Shown one piece after another: positions 21,052 to 31,061 of a stretch of DNA of 64,000 nt (position 1 is its first letter; every line of letters begins with the position of its first letter). The stretch spans positions 398 through 64,397 of the forward strand of contig JACOXG010000013.1 of the NCBI GenBank assembly GCA_016176405.1. The letters are read 5' to 3'. Under the pieces are notes generated by a model that searched no databases, was not told where the DNA came from, and worked only from the letters and a program-made list of their open reading frames with translations. This DNA comes from Candidatus Daviesbacteria bacterium. Its GTDB lineage: Bacteria > Patescibacteriota > Microgenomatia > Daviesbacterales > UBA10151. A program made the translations under genes and the position numbers.

Positions 21052-21978
21052 CTAAGCAGCAAATATTTTTGCATATTTTCCTAAAGTTGTTTGGGCTGGT
21101 CTTTCAAAAAATGCCCGGGTTACAAAACGAGTAATCTTTTTTAACTCAAGTCTACTTAAAATCTTTCTTGACACATCTAAATAATATTGACCTGCTGTTA
21201 TTTGGTCTTGGTACCATCTTCTCATTGGATGATACCCAGCAAACTGTTCTACCCTATCTACCCTAAGTGCTTCTAATTCAACTCCATATCTTTTAATATC
21301 CTCTTCTGACATATTAATCAACCCATCTCTAAAATCTTTGGGAAAATCTCTTAAATTAAACATGGTTCTGACTGCTAAACTTAAAGGGTCAAAATTACGA
21401 TGATCACATGTTTCCCCAGCAACTTTTAAAGCTCCTCTAATACAAGCTGGGTCTAGCTGACCAAAATATTCATCCAGTTCTTGCTGAGTTAAAATTCTTC
21501 TCTCTCTAGCCCTTTCTTCATCAAAAATAATTGAATCTAAGATGTCAAAAGATTCCTGACTTAAATCAACACCAAGTTTTCTTGAAGTAGAGTAATAATC
21601 TGCCAGTAATATATCCTCTTTATCTCCATAGATAGTTGATTCAGGTTGAGAAAATAACTGATGAATAGTACCTTTTTTATGCTGTAAAAATTCCTCTCTA
21701 CTTTTATACCAAGGCGAAAGAGGTCTATCCTTATCAGCAATATCATCAATAAACCTCCAGTAAAAATTAGCAGATCTAAAAAGCCTTGACTCCTCAGAAT
21801 AGATTAATCCAAATCCCCACATAGCTGCAAAATATGATCCATATTGGATAAAACCCCTTTTACCTCTACTTGTTAAAGTTTCCCATCCAATAGATCTTTG
21901 AAGTTTATCTGCCTCAGCTTGTAAAACTTTTGGTTGGGCAAGAAGATTTGATAAGTTGACGTTTTCCTGCTCTCTCAT
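21052..21978 (-). CDS. Squalene/phytoene synthase-like class I isoprenoid synthase
   Basis: RFIDDIAD first Asp-rich motif and NLRDFPKDFRDG second motif. Confidence 0.7.
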   Translation of the reverse strand: MREQENVNLSNLLAQPKVLQAEADKLQRSIGWETLTSRGKRGFIQYGSYFAAMWGFGLIYSEESRLFRSANFYWRFIDDIADKDRPLSPWYKSREEFLQHKKGTIHQLFSQPESTIYGDKEDILLADYYSTSRKLGVDLSQESFDILDSIIFDEERARERRILTQQELDEYFGQLDPACIRGALKVAGETCDHRNFDPLSLAVRTMFNLRDFPKDFRDGLINMSEEDIKRYGVELEALRVDRVEQFAGYHPMRRWYQDQITAGQYYLDVSRKILSRLELKKITRFVTRAFFERPAQTTLGKYAKIFAA

Positions 21979-22307
21979 TAACCAATTTCATCCTCACTGA
22001 GCAGTTTATAAATTTCTAAAGGAATTTCTTCATAAGGATGAGTTTTCTTAATTGCTGCTACCACATCCTTTACTTTTTCTTTATCACAGATTACCTCAAT
22101 TCTTTCTTCCTCAACTTCTGTTAATTTCCCAACTTTCCCAATAGTTGGTTGCGTCCCTTGCCCTGGAATAAACCTACCAATTCCTTTAGTTGAAAATGAA
22201 GCATGATGATATTTTCCTAAAACTCCAGCCCCTGCATCCCCCATAGCCTGTCTCATTTTATTTGCATCTTTAATCGGCACAAAAGTAATAATTTTAACTA
22301 GGTTCAT
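21978..22307 (-). CDS. YqfO/Nif3 PII-like insertion-domain protein
   Basis: AGAGVLGKY, G.GRF.P and HPYEE motifs. Confidence 0.85.
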   Translation of the reverse strand: MNLVKIITFVPIKDANKMRQAMGDAGAGVLGKYHHASFSTKGIGRFIPGQGTQPTIGKVGKLTEVEEERIEVICDKEKVKDVVAAIKKTHPYEEIPLEIYKLLSEDEIG

Positions 22308-23043
22308 GTTCTCCCCTAGCTATTGCTATAAAATTACTAAATAATTGTCTACCATGTTGTGCCATGGTAACTGCCTTAATAAGAGCTTGTTCTTTTAACT
22401 TGTTTTCATCAATCTCAAAATCTTCATGAATCCACTGCCTACCCTCCTTAATCCATTCATTAATCATAAAAGGGGTTGCTTCTAAATGAAATAATATTCC
22501 GAAAGCTATTGTCATTCCCTTACCGTAGGAAAATGCCTGATTCTCGCAATTAGGTGAGGTGGCTAGGCGTACGGCCCCCTTTGGTAGATCAAACTCATCT
22601 CCATGCCATTCTAATACTTCTAAAGGTGATGGTAGATTATTAAAAAGATAATGACCTTCCTCTCTTCTAGTTGAGGTAACATTAGAAAAGCCTATTCCCT
22701 TTGTACCAGCATAAACTTTTGCCCCTAAAGCTTCTGCTATTAATTGACTCCCCAAACATATTCCCAATATAGGTACCCCTGCCTTTAAAGCTGATTTAAT
22801 TACAGCCATTTCAAAATCTTTTGAGGGAAAATCTTGTGGCTGATAAACAGACATCGGTCCTCCCATAATTACCAAACCATCGTATAAATTATCCCGATAT
22901 CTTTTGGCTAACCTAGGCCTAGGATTTTTCCATAATTGAAGAGTATTCAGCTCAACATTCTGTTCCTCTGCTACTTGAGCATATATTCCCATATGCTCAT
23001 ATGGCACATGTTGTAAAACAAGAAATTCTAATTTCTCTCTCAT
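22294..23043 (-). CDS. Type 1 glutamine amidotransferase
   Basis: MGGPMSVY, LGICLGSQ, WHGD and FHLE motifs. Confidence 0.9.
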   Translation of the reverse strand: MREKLEFLVLQHVPYEHMGIYAQVAEEQNVELNTLQLWKNPRPRLAKRYRDNLYDGLVIMGGPMSVYQPQDFPSKDFEMAVIKSALKAGVPILGICLGSQLIAEALGAKVYAGTKGIGFSNVTSTRREEGHYLFNNLPSPLEVLEWHGDEFDLPKGAVRLATSPNCENQAFSYGKGMTIAFGILFHLEATPFMINEWIKEGRQWIHEDFEIDENKLKEQALIKAVTMAQHGRQLFSNFIAIARGEHEPS

Positions 23044-24362
23044 TCTGGTGTGGGAACTGGAGCAGGTTTTGTATATTTATCCAAAGTCTGTTTTACTCCT
23101 GATGCCACTGTTTGTAAAGCACCTAAAGGATCAGCTCCAGCTAAAGTACTATTTATCCCATCCTCCCAATATTTAATTATTTCCACATTGATCCCGCTAT
23201 CACCTTCCTGAGTATTAGAACATAAATACCAACTTTTATAAATTGGTCCCTGTTTAACCACTGCCCCCACCCAAGGATCATTAATCAACTCACTTTGTAA
23301 AGAAACCAAAGAATATGGTTCTCCAAACAGTCTCACGTTGGAGGCTTCAGCATACATCAGTTTCTCAGCTTCCTCTGATGTTAAAAATTTGACAAATTGC
23401 CAGGCTTCTTTGGGATGTTTAGAATTTTTGGAAACAGCTTCTGCCCAAAAGCTTCCGTAAGCTACCTGATTTTGCGAGGACAGTTGAGGTACTGGCGCTG
23501 TCTTAAAATTTAAATTGGGATTGGCCACTCTAATCTCGTGTGCTCTCCAAGATGGAGCAAAGTAAAATCCTAACCTGCCAGAAACAAACATATCTGTTGA
23601 GCGCGGCAGATTAACATCCCAGGTTTTTCTCCCAGGATTTGTCACAAAACCTGTATAAAATCTTAATACATCTGCTGTCAAATCTGTGGCAGGATTGTCT
23701 AAATCTACATTTGGTTGCTGAAAAAGCAGTAGTCCCAAAAGATCGCTCCAATGATCTACATTTGAGGCGGTCCCCACTCCTGCCCCAGCTGTTTTGATAC
23801 CACTACTATCCCTCACAGTCATTTTGGTGGCTATATCAATAAACTCTGGCCAAGTGGTGGGAATTACTCCTCCCACTCCATTTAAAATATCGACATTATA
23901 AAAAAGTACCAACCCATCTATTTCCATGGGGGCAGCATAAATTTGACCCCCTTTAACAAAACTAGTATTAGCAACTGGATAAAACAAGTTCTTATAATCT
24001 GCAATTGTCAAAACATCGGCTGGCGCAGGATATAAATCTTGCTCAAACATAGGCAGCCAGCTGTTATGCATTCTAAAGACATCCGGCCCCACCCCTTCTC
24101 TAATTTGGGTTTGGACTCTGGTTCTATAATTGACAGAAGATTGACGCTGATAAGTAACTTTAATATTGGGATGTTGTTTTTCAAACTCTGCAATAGCCCC
24201 TTTGACTAAATTCTCCTCTTCCCATAAGCCCCAATAGGTTAAAGTAACTGGCCCCTGCGGTTCTTTTTGAGAAAACAAACCAGTAATATTCGGCCCAAAT
24301 TTCCAAACCAAAAATCCCAAAATAATACTTAAAGATAAAACAATAATAATTATTTTTTTCAT
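23040..24362 (-). CDS. Membrane-anchored extracellular solute-binding protein (sugar ABC family 1)
   Basis: N-terminal TM, LTYWGLWE, GPDVF, LFYN, AWQFVKFL; no permease nearby. Confidence 0.85.
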   Translation of the reverse strand: MKKIIIIVLSLSIILGFLVWKFGPNITGLFSQKEPQGPVTLTYWGLWEEENLVKGAIAEFEKQHPNIKVTYQRQSSVNYRTRVQTQIREGVGPDVFRMHNSWLPMFEQDLYPAPADVLTIADYKNLFYPVANTSFVKGGQIYAAPMEIDGLVLFYNVDILNGVGGVIPTTWPEFIDIATKMTVRDSSGIKTAGAGVGTASNVDHWSDLLGLLLFQQPNVDLDNPATDLTADVLRFYTGFVTNPGRKTWDVNLPRSTDMFVSGRLGFYFAPSWRAHEIRVANPNLNFKTAPVPQLSSQNQVAYGSFWAEAVSKNSKHPKEAWQFVKFLTSEEAEKLMYAEASNVRLFGEPYSLVSLQSELINDPWVGAVVKQGPIYKSWYLCSNTQEGDSGINVEIIKYWEDGINSTLAGADPLGALQTVASGVKQTLDKYTKPAPVPTPE

Positions 24363-24413
24363 AATCCAATCTGACCCAACATTCTTTCAATTATATCCTA
24401 AAAAGATTAAAAT

Positions 24414-26213
24414 ATGCGTATGGCCAAGGCCAAAACAACCAAATCTAAAAAAACTCTCTTCAAATGGGTTAAAAGAGGCTTAGCTATTACAAAACCAAAC
24501 TTACTGCCAGCCACCTTAACCATACTGCTCATAATTTTTATCCTATTAACTTATCAATTTATCATGGCCAATAAATTTTATCCCCTCACCTTCCTAGGTG
24601 ACACCAATGTCAGTTTTTTAACAAAATCCCAGGCCAAATTCGCTTTAGATAATAAATTTAATCAAAGAAAAAATCAAAAATTAACCTATGGAGATTTTAC
24701 TATTGATCTATCAACTGCCTCAGCCCAACTAAATTATGAAGTCTTAGATCAAGCTTATCAGATTGGTCGAAGCGGTAGTATTTGGGAAAGAATCACAGAT
24801 CAATTTAAAGCCTTAGTCTTAAAAGCCAATTTTAAGCCAAAAATTTCTTTAAGTTTAGACAAACAACTTGAACCAATTTCTACCAACCTCTATAAAGCAT
24901 CAAAAAATGCTCAGCTGATATTCGATGAAAAAACTAATTTAGAAGGCTCACCTTCTGCTAGTATTCAAATTATTCCTGCAGAGAATGGCATGGAGTTAGA
25001 TAAAGAGGCTTTAACTTCCGATCTGGAAAACTATTTACTCTTTGGCTACTCCCAATCTGAGTTACCAAGAAAGATTGTCCAACCAAAAGTAACCACCCAA
25101 CAAGTTGAGCTGGCCAAGCAGGCTTTGGAATCTCTCAAAGATCAGTCAATTAGCTTAAAATTTAAAGGTGATATTTGGTTAGTTGATACTAAACAACTGT
25201 TGACCCTGTTGGATTTACAATCTGGTTCTGATCTGTTACTAGATAAAGAGAAAACTTATGCCTTTTTGGAAAAGATTGCCGCGGAAATTGATCAAGATGT
25301 CCAGGAGGCCCTTTTTGAGTTTGACCCTCAAACCAAAAGAGTCAGCGCCTTTAAACCATCTCAGGAAGGTTACAAGCTGGATGTTGATAAGACTTATCAG
25401 CTTTTGACAGAGGCTTTGACAGAAACTCATGCCAAAAGTATCAACTTGCCGGTTGAGATCTTAAAACCCAAAATTGAAACAGCCAATGTCAATTCTTTGG
25501 GTATTAAAGAGCTGATTGGTCGGGGTATTTCTAATTTTAAAGGTTCAATTGTCAATAGGATCTACAATATAAATTTGGCTGCCTCGCGTATCAATGGCCT
25601 CCTTATTCCTCCAGGAGAGGCTTTCTCTTTTAATGGCCAGGTGGGTGATATTTCCGCTGCCTCAGGTTATAAACAAGCTTATGTGATCAAGAGTGGCAGG
25701 ACTGTTTTGGATGATGGAGGTGGAGTTTGTCAAGTTTCCACCACTGTTTTTAGGGCGGTGTTAAATTCTGGTTTACCAGTTACTCAAAGAGTGGCTCATG
25801 CTTACAGAGTTAGTTATTACGAGCAAGGCTTTCCAGTGGGATTGGATGCCACGATTTTCTCCCCTTCGGTTGATTTTAAATTTAAAAATGATACCCCAAA
25901 TCATATTTTAATCCAAGCTTACATTGCTGGTACTACTTTATACGTAGATTTTTATGGCACTTCAGATGGCAGGGTGGCCACTATCTCCAAATCTATTGTC
26001 ACTAATCTGACTTCTCCTCCACCAGAGTTAAGACAAGATGATCCCACTTTACCTAAAGGTGAAGTTAAACAAGTTGATTTTCCCGCCTGGGGAGCCAATG
26101 TCTCATTTAGTAGAACTGTAACCAGAGGAAGTGAAACATTAATTTCAGAAACATTTAAGTCTAACTATAAGGCATGGCAGGCAGTGTATCTGGTGGGTAC
26201 CAAAGAAAACTAA
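24414..26213 (+). CDS. VanW family protein
   Basis: N-terminal TM, RIYNINLAA, GGGVCQVSTT, GLDAT and DFKFKN motifs. Confidence 0.92.
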   Translation: MRMAKAKTTKSKKTLFKWVKRGLAITKPNLLPATLTILLIIFILLTYQFIMANKFYPLTFLGDTNVSFLTKSQAKFALDNKFNQRKNQKLTYGDFTIDLSTASAQLNYEVLDQAYQIGRSGSIWERITDQFKALVLKANFKPKISLSLDKQLEPISTNLYKASKNAQLIFDEKTNLEGSPSASIQIIPAENGMELDKEALTSDLENYLLFGYSQSELPRKIVQPKVTTQQVELAKQALESLKDQSISLKFKGDIWLVDTKQLLTLLDLQSGSDLLLDKEKTYAFLEKIAAEIDQDVQEALFEFDPQTKRVSAFKPSQEGYKLDVDKTYQLLTEALTETHAKSINLPVEILKPKIETANVNSLGIKELIGRGISNFKGSIVNRIYNINLAASRINGLLIPPGEAFSFNGQVGDISAASGYKQAYVIKSGRTVLDDGGGVCQVSTTVFRAVLNSGLPVTQRVAHAYRVSYYEQGFPVGLDATIFSPSVDFKFKNDTPNHILIQAYIAGTTLYVDFYGTSDGRVATISKSIVTNLTSPPPELRQDDPTLPKGEVKQVDFPAWGANVSFSRTVTRGSETLISETFKSNYKAWQAVYLVGTKEN

Positions 26214-26215
26214 AA

Positions 26216-26599
26216 TTACTTTAAGGCGGACAATTTTTGATCAAAAGTAAAAATATCCACCTCTTCAATTTCTGATTTAGCAACCAGAAAACAATCAACC
26301 AAACTTAAATTTTTCTCTTTATAGATATTTAATGCTCTTTGAAAAATCTCTTTATCTTGAATATCTAAGTAAGCTACACCGACTATTGATTGGAGTCTAT
26401 CAATAATCTCATTTTTAGGAAAAAGGTAATATTTACTGAGAATAAACTCTATTTCAAAAATAATTATTTGAGGAACTACTAGGTTTAATTTTTTATCTTT
26501 TGCCTTTTGAAGTAACTGTGCTGCTTTCTTTTGCTGAGCTGGTACATCATTTAGAAAAAACCTCAGGAAGATATTGGCATCGGCAAGTAGCGATTTCAT
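26216..26599 (-). CDS. PIN-domain (VapC-like) toxin
   Basis: ADANIFLR, LSLVDC and TFDQKL motifs. Confidence 0.88.
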   Translation of the reverse strand: MKSLLADANIFLRFFLNDVPAQQKKAAQLLQKAKDKKLNLVVPQIIIFEIEFILSKYYLFPKNEIIDRLQSIVGVAYLDIQDKEIFQRALNIYKEKNLSLVDCFLVAKSEIEEVDIFTFDQKLSALK

Positions 26600-26856
26600 C
26601 GCTTTTTATCTTTTCTCGCATACTCCTTCACTATATAATCTGAAAATAACTCGTGTACTTGACTATCTGATAAAGGTTTTTTATTACTTTTTAATGACCC
26701 TCCTAACTCTAGTAGGTCTTTAACCGGCTCCAGTATAAGCTTACCGTCTTTTTCTTCTATAAAGGCTAGTTTATTTTTTCCAAACCCAAGTTTACGTCTA
26801 AGCTTTGCCGGGATACTAATTTGTCCTTGAGAGGTAACTGAAACTGTATAAACCAT
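26596..26856 (-). CDS. AbrB/MazE/SpoVT-family antitoxin
   Basis: VTSQGQISIPAKLRRKLG motif; 4-nt overlap with the PIN gene. Confidence 0.9.
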   Translation of the reverse strand: MVYTVSVTSQGQISIPAKLRRKLGFGKNKLAFIEEKDGKLILEPVKDLLELGGSLKSNKKPLSDSQVHELFSDYIVKEYARKDKKR

Positions 26857-26906
26857 ACATTAAATATACCATATTACATTAAATTTGTCAAATCACATTA
26901 AATTTG
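26857..26906 (-). promoter_or_regulatory. TA promoter with three phased direct repeats (candidate operator)
   Basis: Minus-strand TTGACA-17-TATATT; ACATTAAAT at 26857, 26876 and 26895 (19-nt period). Confidence 0.65.
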
Positions 26907-26985
26907 CATTTTTAATTACAGTAAGCTATATACTTAGGCTATTTCAACTAACTATATTGGAACTTACTTCTGATATACTTTCTTT

Positions 26986-27651
26986 ATGATTAAAGCAATC
27001 ATTTTTGATGCAGGTGGACTTTTATATAAAAGAGGTGACGCGATTGAAGCTCTTAAAAAAGATCTTCTAGTGCAATTTGGATATCAAGGTAACTATAAAG
27101 ACTTTGAAAAAGCTTATATAAAAGAAAAGTTCAGTGGCTATATTCAACAAAAATCAGTTGAGGAAATGTTTAAAGATATCCTTTCAACTATTGGACTAAA
27201 ATTGGACTCTTATCAATTATTAGAATTTATTCATCAATTTAATACAATTCATAAAAAGATTGCGCCATCAGAATATGCAATTTCAACTTTATCAAAGCTT
27301 AAAGAAATGGGGTTAAAAATATGTATTCTCACTGATAGCTTTTACAATGAGGAAGAAAAATGGAATTGGTTTAAAAGAATTGGTATGAATCATCTGATTG
27401 ATATCATTGTCACCTCATTTGATATCAAAAAATTAAAAGATTCTAAAGAAGCTTATGAGCAATGCTTAGATAAACTTCAATTAAAACCAGAAGAAGTTAT
27501 ATTTGTGGGTCATCAACAATATGAAATGGATGGAGCAAAGGAAGCAAAAATTATCTCAATCGCAATTGCATCTATCTCTGAACCAAATATTAAAGCAGAC
27601 TTTATCGTTAATTCACTGAAAGAAGTACCAGGATTTATTTCTAATTTGTAG
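26986..27651 (+). CDS. HAD family hydrolase
   Basis: IKAIIFDAGGLL motif I, ILTD, FVGH..D. Confidence 0.85.
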   Translation: MIKAIIFDAGGLLYKRGDAIEALKKDLLVQFGYQGNYKDFEKAYIKEKFSGYIQQKSVEEMFKDILSTIGLKLDSYQLLEFIHQFNTIHKKIAPSEYAISTLSKLKEMGLKICILTDSFYNEEEKWNWFKRIGMNHLIDIIVTSFDIKKLKDSKEAYEQCLDKLQLKPEEVIFVGHQQYEMDGAKEAKIISIAIASISEPNIKADFIVNSLKEVPGFISNL

Positions 27652-27655
27652 AAAA

Positions 27656-28180
27656 TTATCTTATGAATCTCTTTGCTAAATAGAGTGCAGCAATCATTCT
27701 AGCCTCTGTAAGTTTCCTATCTTCTATTAATTTTTCAAAATCTTTAAAGGGGTACTCAATAATCTCTAATTCTTCAGGTTCATCACCATCAAGTTTACTA
27801 GGTACTAAATCTCTAGCTAGGAATACATGGGTTCTTTGGGTCAAATATCCGGGGGACATTGTTAAAACTCCTAACTTATCCAATTTCCCCGCCCTATAAC
27901 CAATTTCTTCTTGTAACTCTTTATTGGCAGTTTTCAAATCATCGGAATTGTCCTCTATTCTTCCCTTTGGTAATCCATATTGATATTCGTCTATGGCGTA
28001 GAAGTATTCCTTAACCAGAATTAAATCTCCCTTTGAGTTTATTGGTACTATAAGTGCAGTATCAGATTTTTCCATTATCTGATAGGTTACTTTTTGCCCA
28101 TTTTCCAACTGAAGATCAATATCTTTTATAATAAATAATTTTGTTTTGAAAAGTTCTCTTTCACGAAGTCTTTTTATCAT
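27656..28180 (-). CDS. nudE: NUDIX hydrolase, ADP-compounds hydrolase-like
   Basis: LPKG..ANKELQEEIG Nudix box, SPGY, GDEPE and EARMIAAL motifs. Confidence 0.8.
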   Translation of the reverse strand: MIKRLRERELFKTKLFIIKDIDLQLENGQKVTYQIMEKSDTALIVPINSKGDLILVKEYFYAIDEYQYGLPKGRIEDNSDDLKTANKELQEEIGYRAGKLDKLGVLTMSPGYLTQRTHVFLARDLVPSKLDGDEPEELEIIEYPFKDFEKLIEDRKLTEARMIAALYLAKRFIR

Positions 28181-28272
28181 AAATAGATTATAGCAGCTCT
28201 AATACCTCAAATTGGCATATTATGGATTTTCCGGGCAAGTTTCCATAAAGATGTAGTATAATACTTTCTGTT

Positions 28273-28470
28273 ATGACAAATAAATCTACATTGAAGAAAA
28301 ATCTTGTGCCAAAAAGCAGAATCCCTATTTCCTATCTTTTGGATTATATAAAAGAGGGTTTAACCATCTCGGATTTCATAGCTTCATATCCTTGGGTTAA
28401 AAGAAAAGATGTGGAAAAAGCTTTAGAAGAAATTAAAAAGAGAGAATTTACCTCTCGTTATGCCTTCTAA
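28273..28470 (+). CDS. DUF433-family antitoxin
   Basis: SRIPISYLLDYIKEG.T..DFIASYP.V...DV..AL pattern. Confidence 0.8.
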   Translation: MTNKSTLKKNLVPKSRIPISYLLDYIKEGLTISDFIASYPWVKRKDVEKALEEIKKREFTSRYAF

Positions 28471-28864
28471 AAAGAGTAAGCTCCAACTTTATGCTGATGA
28501 ATGTTTTCCAGTCCCAGCAGTAACTTATTTGAAATCCTTAGGTTATTCAATTATTCACTCTTATGATAAAAACTTTATTCAGAAAAGTGATCAGTTTCAT
28601 TTATTAACCAGCAAAAAATTGGGTAGAATTTTAATTACTCTTGATAGAGACTTCAATGATTATGAAACAGCTGATCTTAAAGGGTATCCAGGAGTAATAA
28701 TTATTTCCGCTGGATCTACCACTCCGCTCCACATCATTAAAGTTTGTAAAAAGGTACTGAAATTTATCTCTCAAGATTTGGCAAAAGAATCCCTAATTAA
28801 AGTCACTATAGACAAGCTGATTAAAATCAAGAACGGAGAAATAGTTTATGAAAAATTGCTATGA
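28460..28864 (+). CDS. DUF5615 PIN-like toxin
   Basis: LYADECFP, RILITLDRDF and PGVIII motifs; overlaps the DUF433 gene. Confidence 0.85.
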   Translation: MPSKKSKLQLYADECFPVPAVTYLKSLGYSIIHSYDKNFIQKSDQFHLLTSKKLGRILITLDRDFNDYETADLKGYPGVIIISAGSTTPLHIIKVCKKVLKFISQDLAKESLIKVTIDKLIKIKNGEIVYEKLL

Positions 28865-28879
28865 TAGAATCATCAAGCA

Positions 28880-29812
28880 ATGATTTTAGTTACTGGCTCT
28901 TTAGCTTTTGATCATATCATGGATTTTCCGGGCAAGTTTGCCGATCATATTCTACCTGATAAAATTCACCAAATTAATCTATCTTTTTTAGTAAATAATC
29001 TATCCAAACAAAAAGGAGGTAATGCCGGCAATATTGCCTATACTTTGGCCTTATTTGGCTGTCCAGTTGCCATAGTTGGATCAGTCGGTGGCGATTTTTC
29101 AGAATATGCTAATTTTTTACAAGATGCTGGTGTAGATGTCTCAAAAATAAAAATTATTGAGGGTGATTCCACTTCATCTGCCTTTATCATGACAGATTTG
29201 GCTGATAATCAAATCACCGCTTTTTATCCAGGGGCCATGAATGAAGCTTCATCCCTTTCACTAAGTGGTGTCCAAAGCGATCTGGTAGTGATATCCCCAA
29301 ATGATCCCAACGCCATGGTAAATTTTGTCAAGCAATGTCAAATCTCCCATACTCCCTACATGTTTGATCCAGGAATGCAGTTGCCAGTTTTATCAGATGA
29401 GCAATTATTACAAGAAATTAGTGCTGCTGAAATTTTAGTTGGTAATGATTATGAAATGGAGCTAATAAAACAAAGAATTAAAGATCAAACATTACTTAAA
29501 AAAATCAAAATCCTAATTACCACTTTAGGAGAAAAAGGATCTTTAATACAGACAAAAGAACAAACCATACAGGTCAATCCAGCCAAACCAGATCAGGTGC
29601 TGGATCCCACAGGTGCAGGTGATGCCTATAGAGCAGGCTTTTTGGCAGGATATATAAAAAATTTAGATCTGAAAACTTGTGGCCAAATGGGCTCGGTTGC
29701 TGCTTGTTATGCAATAGAAAAATATGGTACAACTAATCACAAATTTTCAATTTTGGAATTTTGCCAAAGATATAAGGAGAATTTTGGAGAAGAATTAAAC
29801 TATGAAATATGA
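28880..29812 (+). CDS. PfkB-family kinase, adenosine kinase-like
   Basis: TGSLAFDHIM, GGNAGN and DPTGAGDAYRAG motifs; coupled to ahcY. Confidence 0.9.
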   Translation: MILVTGSLAFDHIMDFPGKFADHILPDKIHQINLSFLVNNLSKQKGGNAGNIAYTLALFGCPVAIVGSVGGDFSEYANFLQDAGVDVSKIKIIEGDSTSSAFIMTDLADNQITAFYPGAMNEASSLSLSGVQSDLVVISPNDPNAMVNFVKQCQISHTPYMFDPGMQLPVLSDEQLLQEISAAEILVGNDYEMELIKQRIKDQTLLKKIKILITTLGEKGSLIQTKEQTIQVNPAKPDQVLDPTGAGDAYRAGFLAGYIKNLDLKTCGQMGSVAACYAIEKYGTTNHKFSILEFCQRYKENFGEELNYEI

Positions 29813-31058
29813 TATCAAAGACCTAAAACTTGCTCCTCAAGGCAAACTGAAAATTGAGTGGGCCGGCTCCCAAATGAAGGTACTCCGACTAATCAGGGAT
29901 AGGTTTGCCAAAGAAAAACCCCTCTCCGGTATTAAAATAGCCGCCTGTTTACATATTAGTTCAGAAACTGCCAATCTGATGCTGACTCTTAAAGCAGGTG
30001 GTGCTGATGTGACTCTTTGTGCTTGTAATCCCCTCTCCACCAAAGATGATATTGCAGCATCTTTAGTCAAAGATTTTGGCATTCCCACTTTTGCCATCTC
30101 CGGCGAGGATAAGAAAACTTATTATAAACATTTAACAGCAGCTTTGGATACTCACCCGCAAATTACCATGGATGATGGAGCAGACTTGGTCACTTTGCTC
30201 CACACAGAAAGAAAATCTCAGCTAAAAGAAGTTATTGGTTCATCTGAAGAGACTACCACTGGGATGATTAGACTCAAAGCCATGCTTAAGGAGGGCGCAC
30301 TAAAAATTCCGGTAATGGCAGTGAATAATTCTTTAACCAAACATCTGTTTGACAACCGTTATGGGACTGGTCAATCCACAGTGGATGGGATACTTAGGGC
30401 AACCAATATACTTTTGGCTGGAAAAAAGGCTTTAGTTTGCGGTTACGGTTGGTGCGGCAAAGGGGTGGCAATGAGGCTTCGGGGTATGGCTGCAAATGTG
30501 GCGGTGGCTGAAGTTGATCCTGTTAAAGCATTGGAGGCTTTGATGGATGGGTTTGTAGTTAGAACAATCAAGGATGCCATAAAAGACAATGATCTGGTGA
30601 TTACTGCCACCGGTAATAAATCAGTCATCACAGTATCTGATCTTAAAAAAGCCAAAGACGGGATAATTGTGGCCAACACCGGCCACTTTAATGTGGAATT
30701 TGATTATGAGGGAATTGTTAAAGCTGCCAAAAGTAGAAGAACTTTAAGAGAAAATTTAGAGGAGATTACCTTTGAGGGAGACAAAAAAATTTTTGTTTTA
30801 GCAGAAGGCAGGCTGGTCAATTTAGTCACTGCTGAAGGTCATCCACCGGATGTGATGGATATGAGCTTTGCTAACCAAGCATTAGCTGCAGAATATTTAG
30901 TTCAAAACAAGAGCAAGCTTAAAGTAGGAATTCACACCATTCCTGCTCAGTTAGATCAAATGATAGCCCAACTGAAACTTGAATCTCTCGGTATTTCCAT
31001 TGATAAATTAACTGAAGAACAAAAGAAATATCTATCCTCTTGGCAAGAGGGAACTTAA
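29802..31058 (+). CDS. ahcY: Adenosylhomocysteinase
   Basis: ACLH, CNPLST, DDGADL, EETTTG, FDNRYGTGQS and GHPPDVMD motifs. Confidence 0.97.
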   Translation: MKYDIKDLKLAPQGKLKIEWAGSQMKVLRLIRDRFAKEKPLSGIKIAACLHISSETANLMLTLKAGGADVTLCACNPLSTKDDIAASLVKDFGIPTFAISGEDKKTYYKHLTAALDTHPQITMDDGADLVTLLHTERKSQLKEVIGSSEETTTGMIRLKAMLKEGALKIPVMAVNNSLTKHLFDNRYGTGQSTVDGILRATNILLAGKKALVCGYGWCGKGVAMRLRGMAANVAVAEVDPVKALEALMDGFVVRTIKDAIKDNDLVITATGNKSVITVSDLKKAKDGIIVANTGHFNVEFDYEGIVKAAKSRRTLRENLEEITFEGDKKIFVLAEGRLVNLVTAEGHPPDVMDMSFANQALAAEYLVQNKSKLKVGIHTIPAQLDQMIAQLKLESLGISIDKLTEEQKKYLSSWQEGT

Positions 31059-31061
31059 ACC

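Larger units (their letters stand above)
28216..28939 (+). mobile_element. Direct-repeat-bounded TA cassette (putative integrated islet)
   Basis: CATATYATGGATTTTCCGGGCAAGTTT at 28216-28242 and 28913-28939 (26 of 27 identical) around the DUF433/PIN pair. Confidence 0.55.
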
